From positions 1 through 64,000 of the IMG/VR virus record IMGVR_UViG_3300032073_005220: a DNA stretch of 64,000 nucleotides; one strand, 5' to 3'. This document shows positions 58,040 through 64,000 of the stretch, in pieces. The notes under the pieces were generated by a model that saw only the letters and a list, made by a program, of their open reading frames with translations, searched no databases and was not told the origin of the DNA. The position numbers were made by a program, and so were the translations under genes. Within the stretch, counting starts at the first letter, position 1, and each line of letters starts with the position of its first letter. This DNA is from a virus.

Positions 58040-58621
58040 ATGAAACATGTAACTAATCAAGAAGTATATAATTATATTTATAGATACCCAACAGATGAGT
58101 TATCTCTAAATGCTTTTAGAAATATTGATAAGAAAAACTTTAGTACAGAGAATAATGAGGAATGGGAAGAATGTAAACAGTTTATAGATAAACATTTACC
58201 ATATGCTCTCTGTCCACAACCATATGTTAGACATCCTTTGTATGCTTTATCTCCAGCGTCTGTAGCAGGAAGGAGACAGTATTGTGTCCTTGATTTTAAA
58301 ACTGAAAACGACAAAATTATTTTACTTGGAGATACAATATATCACGGCAGCGATATGTCTAAACAGCTTATAGACTATATTATTAGTCCAGAAGGAGAAT
58401 TAATTCTTGGCAGAAAACATTTTTGGCTAACTGTGGAAGCAGGACTTACATTCGTACATGGCGCTGGTCGAGTAATCATAGCGCAGAATGGTGAAATTTC
58501 CTATATAGATAACCACTCTGGCCATTTCCAGCCCGATATATCTAAATTTAGGAAAAGTTTAAAAACTTTATCACATCTAAAGATAAGAGAAATTAACGAG
58601 TGGAATTATGAAAATCCTTGA
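58040..58621 (+). CDS. Protein with toxin-like H...AG...IDN.SGH.P domain
   Basis: GRKH...GAG...YIDNHSGHFQP. Confidence 0.5.
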   Translation: MKHVTNQEVYNYIYRYPTDELSLNAFRNIDKKNFSTENNEEWEECKQFIDKHLPYALCPQPYVRHPLYALSPASVAGRRQYCVLDFKTENDKIILLGDTIYHGSDMSKQLIDYIISPEGELILGRKHFWLTVEAGLTFVHGAGRVIIAQNGEISYIDNHSGHFQPDISKFRKSLKTLSHLKIREINEWNYENP

Positions 58622-59717
58622 AGATAAAAAACTAGACTTTGACGATGTTTTAATCAGACCCAAAAGATCTACACTTAAAAGCAGGTCTGAAGTTTTGTTA
58701 AACAGAAAAATGAGATTCCCTCACTCTAATAGAGAATTAGATTGTGTTCCGGTCATTGCTGCTAACATGGACACTACCGGATCATTTTCTATGAACGATA
58801 CCCTTTCACAGTTTGATTGCATAACCTGCCTGCATAAACACTACACGGTTGAACAATTGCTTAGATATTTTAGGAATAAAAAACCATACGCTTTTTATTC
58901 TACAGGAATCTCTGAAACAGACATAGATAAACTTACATGCGTATATGATAAATTACAAGTTAAGCCGAACCTATGTATTGATGTGGCCAATGGCTACAGT
59001 GAAAGATTTGTTACTACAATAAAACGAATTAGAGATTGGTATCCCGATATTATTATTATGGCAGGAAATGTTGTTACTCCAGAAATAACAGAAGAGTTAA
59101 TATTTCATGGTGGTGTTGATATAGTAAAAGTAGGAATAGGATCAGGAAGTGTTTGTACTACCAGACTTAAAACTGGAGTAGGCTACCCTCAACTATCTGC
59201 CATAATGGAATGTGGAGATGCTGCTCATGGATTAAATGGACATATTTGTAGTGATGGAGGATGCAAAACTCCTGCCGACGTATGCAAAGCATTTGGAGCC
59301 AATGCAGATTTTGTAATGTTGGGAGGCATGTTGGCAGGTACCGACTGTTGTGAAGGAGAATGGAAATATGAATATAGATGCCATACAGCAGGCGAAGACG
59401 ACAGACGTAATCAAGAGTGGTGGCAACCTTATGATCCCGGCTATCTAACAGATAAAAGGAAAGTGTCTCTGTCTTTTTATGGCATGAGCAGTAAGGAGGC
59501 TATGATTAAACACAATGGAGGCGTGGCCGATTATAGAACGAGCGAAGGCAAATGTGTTGCAATACCATACAAAGGAACAACTAAAGATTGCATTCAAGAT
59601 GTTCTTGGAGGTATTAGAAGTGCTTGCACTTATGTTGGAGCAAATAAGCTGAAAGATTTCAGCAAAAAAACAACTTTTATCAAAGTCAACAATACTCACA
59701 ATAAGGTTTTTTCATGA
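58608..59717 (+). CDS. guaC: GMP reductase
   Basis: LDFDDVLIRPKRSTL, ANMDT, IDVANGYSE, GIGSGSVCTTR, FYGMSS, SEGK. Confidence 0.93.
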   Translation: MKILEDKKLDFDDVLIRPKRSTLKSRSEVLLNRKMRFPHSNRELDCVPVIAANMDTTGSFSMNDTLSQFDCITCLHKHYTVEQLLRYFRNKKPYAFYSTGISETDIDKLTCVYDKLQVKPNLCIDVANGYSERFVTTIKRIRDWYPDIIIMAGNVVTPEITEELIFHGGVDIVKVGIGSGSVCTTRLKTGVGYPQLSAIMECGDAAHGLNGHICSDGGCKTPADVCKAFGANADFVMLGGMLAGTDCCEGEWKYEYRCHTAGEDDRRNQEWWQPYDPGYLTDKRKVSLSFYGMSSKEAMIKHNGGVADYRTSEGKCVAIPYKGTTKDCIQDVLGGIRSACTYVGANKLKDFSKKTTFIKVNNTHNKVFS

Positions 59718-60772
59718 ATATGCACGTTATGGCCCCTATAGCACAAACAGGATATGGTTATGTTAGTATCAATATTATAAAATCTTTAGTTAAGAATAAT
59801 CACAACTTATCTATAACTCCAATAGGAGGTTCCATAGGAGCAGAGTCTCAAGAAGAATTTGATTTGTTTAAAGATTGTTACGGAAAACTCCCGGATTACG
59901 ATGAGTCTGTATTAAAAATTTGGCATCAATTTGATTTATTACAAACAGTCGGAAGAGGTAAATATTTTGCTTTACCTTTCTTTGAAGTTGATACTTTCAA
60001 CAAAAGAGAACAATATCACTTAAATTTTCCAGACGAACTAATAGTGTCCTGTCAATGGGCAAAACAAGTTATAGAAAATAACAACATAAGTAAACCAGTA
60101 AATGTCGTCCCTATGGGTGTTGACACCACTATATTTAGACCTAGACCAAAGCAAGACCTATCTGATAAATACGTTTTTGCCACGGTAGGAAAGTGGGAAA
60201 AGAGAAAGTGTCACGATACTATTATTGATTGTTTTAATAAAGCATTTTCAACAGAAGATAATGTTGAACTGTGGTTGCTAACACAAAATCCTTTCCTCAA
60301 TGAGGAAGCTGAAAAGTTTTGGCTAGAAAAAGTAACCAATAGCCCTTTAAGAGATAAGATACAAGTATATAAGAGGTTAGACACTCATGAGTCTGTCGCT
60401 GAATTCATGTCTCAAACAGACTGTGGAATATATTTATCTCGCGGAGAAGGTTGGAATATGGAGTTGTTAGAAGCAATGGCTATGAATAAGCCTGTAATCG
60501 CAAGTAATTTTTCTGCACATACAGAATATTGCAATAATGATAATTCTATGTTAGTCGATATAGATGAGCTAGAGGAAGCCAATGACGGTAAATGGTTTTT
60601 TGGAGGATCTAAATGGGCCAAAATAGGACAGAATCAAATAGATCAAACAGTTGATCACATGAGAAGGTGTTATAAAGAGAGGATTAAGACTAACGAATCT
60701 GGCTTAAATACAGCGAGATCTCTAACTTGGTCAAATACCTCTGAGCAAATAGCTAAAATCATGGGAGGCTAG
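59714..60772 (+). CDS. GT4-family glycosyltransferase
   Basis: TGYG, GVD, GKWEKRK, EGWNMELLEAMA. Confidence 0.85.
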   Translation: MNMHVMAPIAQTGYGYVSINIIKSLVKNNHNLSITPIGGSIGAESQEEFDLFKDCYGKLPDYDESVLKIWHQFDLLQTVGRGKYFALPFFEVDTFNKREQYHLNFPDELIVSCQWAKQVIENNNISKPVNVVPMGVDTTIFRPRPKQDLSDKYVFATVGKWEKRKCHDTIIDCFNKAFSTEDNVELWLLTQNPFLNEEAEKFWLEKVTNSPLRDKIQVYKRLDTHESVAEFMSQTDCGIYLSRGEGWNMELLEAMAMNKPVIASNFSAHTEYCNNDNSMLVDIDELEEANDGKWFFGGSKWAKIGQNQIDQTVDHMRRCYKERIKTNESGLNTARSLTWSNTSEQIAKIMGG

Positions 60773-60821
60773 TTTTTTAGAGGTGTATAATATATTATAC
60801 AGTTTATATATAGGAGACGTT

Positions 60822-61340
60822 ATGCCTTTACCATCAAAAAAAGATTCAGAGAAAAAATCAGAGTTCATGCAACAGTGCATGAGTAGTCCTAAAATGAAAA
60901 AAGAGTTTTCAGATACTCAACAGAGACTAGTTGTTTGCATTAAACAATCTCAAGCCTCTGAAGAAATGTTGGTAGAAAAAGTTTGCGACCAGCTATATTA
61001 TATGGGCGCTTGCTGGAATGAAGAATGGAATGAATTTACACAAGATATTATACTGTCTGGAGATGGAGTAATAGATGAAGAAGGTAAAAGTTTAGGTGCA
61101 GAGTATCAGGGCAGAAAAGTTACCTTGAATAAACCTTTTAGAACTCCTGATGGACCAAAAAAGAGAAGTGTTTATGTCAAAAACGACAAAGGCAATGTGG
61201 TTAAAGTCAATTTTGGTGATCCTAATATGAAGATTAAAAAGTCTGATCCAGCACGACGCAAAAGTTTTAGAGCTAGGCATAATTGTAGTAATCCTGGCCC
61301 TAAATGGAAGGCCAGATACTGGTCTTGTAAGGCGTGGTGA
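60822..61340 (+). CDS. Conserved phage protein with basic C-terminal domain
   Basis: AEYQGRKVTLNKPFR...VNFGDPNM...RRKSFRARH.C...ARYWSC. Confidence 0.65.
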   Translation: MPLPSKKDSEKKSEFMQQCMSSPKMKKEFSDTQQRLVVCIKQSQASEEMLVEKVCDQLYYMGACWNEEWNEFTQDIILSGDGVIDEEGKSLGAEYQGRKVTLNKPFRTPDGPKKRSVYVKNDKGNVVKVNFGDPNMKIKKSDPARRKSFRARHNCSNPGPKWKARYWSCKAW

Positions 61341-61341
61341 T

Positions 61342-62019
61342 ATGTCAAATATTATTAAACACACTTCAGACATTTTTGAATTAGACGCTTTACAATACGC
61401 ACAAGGATTTAATTACGATAAATCTATATATCAAAGAGTTGAGTTTGCTGAATTAGAAGATATAAATTTATTTGATATAGTTCAGGCTCCTCTTAGAAAT
61501 TCAAGCGACGAGACTAAGAGGGAAATTAATGATATTCTTAAAATTACACAAAACAGAACTCCCGAAGAAATAGAACTAGTTCATAAGGTTGATTCTGATC
61601 CTCTGCTTTTATATTATCCTGTAATTGATCGACTAAATATGGTCTTAGACTTAAAAGCATTTAATACTATGTATTATCATTCTCTTTCTGAAATGGTTGA
61701 CCATTTGAAGTTTTATTACAATAGACCTAGACCATACCAATTAGCTAATATATTATCTGTAAACATCAATAGAATTATTACTAAAACACATAAAACGCCT
61801 TCCTATCCTAGCGGACATACTATGTATGCTGCTTTGGCCTCAGAAATGCTTTCAGATAAATATCCACAACATAAGGCAGAGTTGCAAAAGTTATCATTAA
61901 TGACCGGACACGCAAGAGTATTACAAGGAGTTCACTACCCTTCAGATAATATTGCTAGTATCAAAATTGTAAATAAAATTTTCCCTAATATTAAAAAGTA
62001 TTTTATGGAGCAAGGCTAA
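61342..62019 (+). CDS. PAP2 / acid phosphatase-family protein
   Basis: K..YNRPRP, SYPSGH, R...GVHYPSD. Confidence 0.85.
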   Translation: MSNIIKHTSDIFELDALQYAQGFNYDKSIYQRVEFAELEDINLFDIVQAPLRNSSDETKREINDILKITQNRTPEEIELVHKVDSDPLLLYYPVIDRLNMVLDLKAFNTMYYHSLSEMVDHLKFYYNRPRPYQLANILSVNINRIITKTHKTPSYPSGHTMYAALASEMLSDKYPQHKAELQKLSLMTGHARVLQGVHYPSDNIASIKIVNKIFPNIKKYFMEQG

Positions 62020-62020
62020 C

Positions 62021-62464
62021 ATGAATTATAAAGAAATCTTTAACAATATACAAAATCAAATATCCGAAAACAAGGAAGAGGAAAATACTAAAGATACCAA
62101 ACTGGAACAATACAAAAAAGATTTTTTAGATATGAATGTAGGTTCTCTTAATGCCATAATGAATCATGCTAAGTCTATTCTAGAGTCACTTGATGATGAG
62201 TCCATAAAAGAAAACTTGACAGAAAGCTGGTTACAGGGTAAAATTGCAGTAACAGAAGATTACATGCGAACAATTCATGATTTTGTAAAGTATGCGTCTT
62301 CAAATGACGATGATACTAAAGCGACCAATCGACCTGGATTATGGGAAAACATTAGAAGAAAGAAACAAAGGGAAGGAGACAATTATAAACCAGCCAAACC
62401 CGGCGATCCAGACAGACCAACGCCAGAGCAACTGAAAAGAGCTCAAAAGAAAAAGAAAAAATAA
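62021..62464 (+). CDS. Hypothetical phage protein
   Basis: W.QGKI..; GLWENIRRKK basic tail. Confidence 0.55.
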   Translation: MNYKEIFNNIQNQISENKEEENTKDTKLEQYKKDFLDMNVGSLNAIMNHAKSILESLDDESIKENLTESWLQGKIAVTEDYMRTIHDFVKYASSNDDDTKATNRPGLWENIRRKKQREGDNYKPAKPGDPDRPTPEQLKRAQKKKKK

Positions 62465-62501
62465 CTTATAACTATATTTAATTTAAAAAGGATTTAAAAG
62501 G

Positions 62502-63092
62502 ATGGATAAACAATTTGACTCTTTGGACACTTATATACAACTAGCGAAGAAAACCATTTCTAAGTTTGCTCCCAAATTTTATAATGGACTAGCTGCTGAA
62601 ATGCTTTCTAATGAAGATGCTATTTCTGATATAGCTACGGCTATTATGTCTGCTGATTGGAAATTTGATTCAAATAGAGTAGGTCCAACAGGTTTGAAAA
62701 AAACTCAATACTCGTATAGAAATCAGTGCGTTATATGGGCTATGAAAACTTATGTTACCCATAAGTATAAACAAAAAACTCATTCAAGTTTAGATTATGA
62801 CATAGGAGATAAAGACACCTTGTCTAAAACTATTCCAGACCATAAAAGTTCCGACCCTTTCGATATTATTATGGAAAAAGAAGAAAAACAAAATCTTAAA
62901 CAAAACCTAGAAGATATATTAGAATCTGATATCTTAAATGATAAACAAAGAAATCAAATCAAAATGTATTACTACGAAGGCAATACTTTGTCTCAAATAG
63001 GGAAAAAGTTTGGAGTCTCCAGAGAAGCGGTACGTCAAAACATTAAACGTGGGCTACAAAATATTAGAAAACTAGAAAAATGCTATTGTTAA
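62502..63092 (+). CDS. Phage RNA polymerase sigma-like factor
   Basis: Region 4 HTH TLSQIGKKFGVSREAVRQ; region-2-like A..KFD...YSY...WA. Confidence 0.75.
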   Translation: MDKQFDSLDTYIQLAKKTISKFAPKFYNGLAAEMLSNEDAISDIATAIMSADWKFDSNRVGPTGLKKTQYSYRNQCVIWAMKTYVTHKYKQKTHSSLDYDIGDKDTLSKTIPDHKSSDPFDIIMEKEEKQNLKQNLEDILESDILNDKQRNQIKMYYYEGNTLSQIGKKFGVSREAVRQNIKRGLQNIRKLEKCYC

Positions 63093-63496
63093 AAAATATA
63101 TATAATTATTTAGTTAATATTGTGTTCGGACAAACTATATCTCATCAAAAGAACTCAAATGGAGTCTCTTTTTATATAGACTCTAAAAACAATATAATGA
63201 TGAATGTAGACATATCTGATCCAGACACTTTGTCTTTAGAAGAAATAAATAATGACGCAGAAAAAACCGCTCAAGTAATTACTTCTATTATTAATGGAGA
63301 CATGAATACTCAAATATTAAAATTTATTAAGAAATCTGCTAAGACAACAGAGACTAGCCCTAACAGTAATCTCTTTTTCCAAAATGTTTTATCTTATCAC
63401 GAAATGCAACAAAAAGAAAAGCTTGATAATATCAAGAGTGCTCTTTATGATAAAGTGGTAATTAGACCGTCGGAAGCTTTTAATAGATATGTTTAA
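63080..63496 (+). CDS. Hypothetical protein
   Basis: Overlapping ORF. Confidence 0.5.
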   Translation: MLLLKNIYNYLVNIVFGQTISHQKNSNGVSFYIDSKNNIMMNVDISDPDTLSLEEINNDAEKTAQVITSIINGDMNTQILKFIKKSAKTTETSPNSNLFFQNVLSYHEMQQKEKLDNIKSALYDKVVIRPSEAFNRYV

Positions 63497-63935
63497 TACT
63501 GAAGACATAGATGACAGAGAAAATATTATTGTGTGGGAGAAATGGATAGATCCTTATTTGCAGACTATACAAGATTCTGTGCCCACGGGAGACGAAGACG
63601 ATGAAGATTTAGAAGAAGAGTATTTAGAAGATGAAGAAGAGTTAGAAGAATACGGCGCTGTAGACAAACTAGGTAAGTTTAGAGCCATCGCAACACCTAT
63701 GGGTATTATCCCTATTAATGAATCTACTGCAAGCGGTAAGATATTTAACTTTTGGGTTGGTCATACAAATTTTGATATAACTAATGCCTTAGCCTTAATA
63801 ATAGAGGAAACACCAGGGGTAGAAACTCTGGACGTTTTTACAAGATATAGGTTTCGGATTGGTATAGGCAAAGCTTTTCATGATTCTAAAGTAATGAGAG
63901 ACATTAATTCAAGAGTATATAATTATTTAATATGA
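63489..63935 (+). CDS. Conserved phage hypothetical protein
   Basis: WEKW.DP, FNFWVGHTNFDI, GVE.L....RYRFRIG.GK.F. Confidence 0.6.
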   Translation: MFNTEDIDDRENIIVWEKWIDPYLQTIQDSVPTGDEDDEDLEEEYLEDEEELEEYGAVDKLGKFRAIATPMGIIPINESTASGKIFNFWVGHTNFDITNALALIIEETPGVETLDVFTRYRFRIGIGKAFHDSKVMRDINSRVYNYLI

Positions 63936-64000
63936 CACAAATCAACAACGAGTCAGACCTATACAACATTCACAACTTATGCATAGATGCAAAAAGTAGA
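63932..64000 (+). CDS. Start of the next gene (truncated by the window edge)
   Basis: ATG overlapping the previous stop; MTQINNESDLYNIHNLCIDAKSR. Confidence 0.4.
   Translation, partial: MTQINNESDLYNIHNLCIDAKSR

Noticed and set aside
1-64000. CRISPR array or long tandem repeat
   Set aside because: No regularly spaced direct repeats seen; intergenic gaps are short and explained by promoters or small ORFs
1-64000. Eukaryotic giant virus or bacterial chromosome origin
   Set aside because: Shine-Dalgarno sites, sigma70 promoters, overlapping operons, tmRNA and rIIA/rIIB indicate a phage; no host core operons are present
1-64000. Alternative genetic code (stop recoding)
   Set aside because: Well-known genes are full length in code 11 and end in TAA, TAG and TGA
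63932-64000. ClpP-like protease start
   Set aside because: Only 23 codons are visible, not enough to call

Overview
A 64 kb, AT-rich, densely packed, mostly + strand segment of a large lytic tailed-phage genome, probably T4-like or jumbo. The evidence is rIIA/rIIB, an ATP-dependent ligase, ThyX, RuvB, a sigma-like protein, tmRNA and a tRNA, with no integrase, ribosomal-protein or rRNA genes. A DUF1559 prepilin-like gene points to a Planctomycetota host (inference). Roughly half of the window is glycan machinery: GlmS, RmlB, an epimerase, Gmd, a short DegT aminotransferase, a CMP-ulosonate synthetase, an HpcH aldolase, about 15 glycosyltransferases, two sulfotransferases and O-methyltransferases. 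The rest covers DNA repair (UvsE, an Ogg-like glycosylase), secreted proteases and redox proteins, PspC, a kinase-like protein and an actin-fold ATPase. The strongest non-coding signals read directly from the sequence are three. (1) Eight promoters in which a sigma70 promoter is overlaid by, or adjacent to, a fixed-spacing TAAAG...CGATA (sigma28/FliA-type) promoter. (2) A shared TATCACAGGA leader on several of those transcripts, whose exact complement lies just after rIIB, fused to a miniature tRNA-like structure. (3) A third, GGTGTA-type upstream motif. All protein calls come from motif recognition by eye; no database searches were run.
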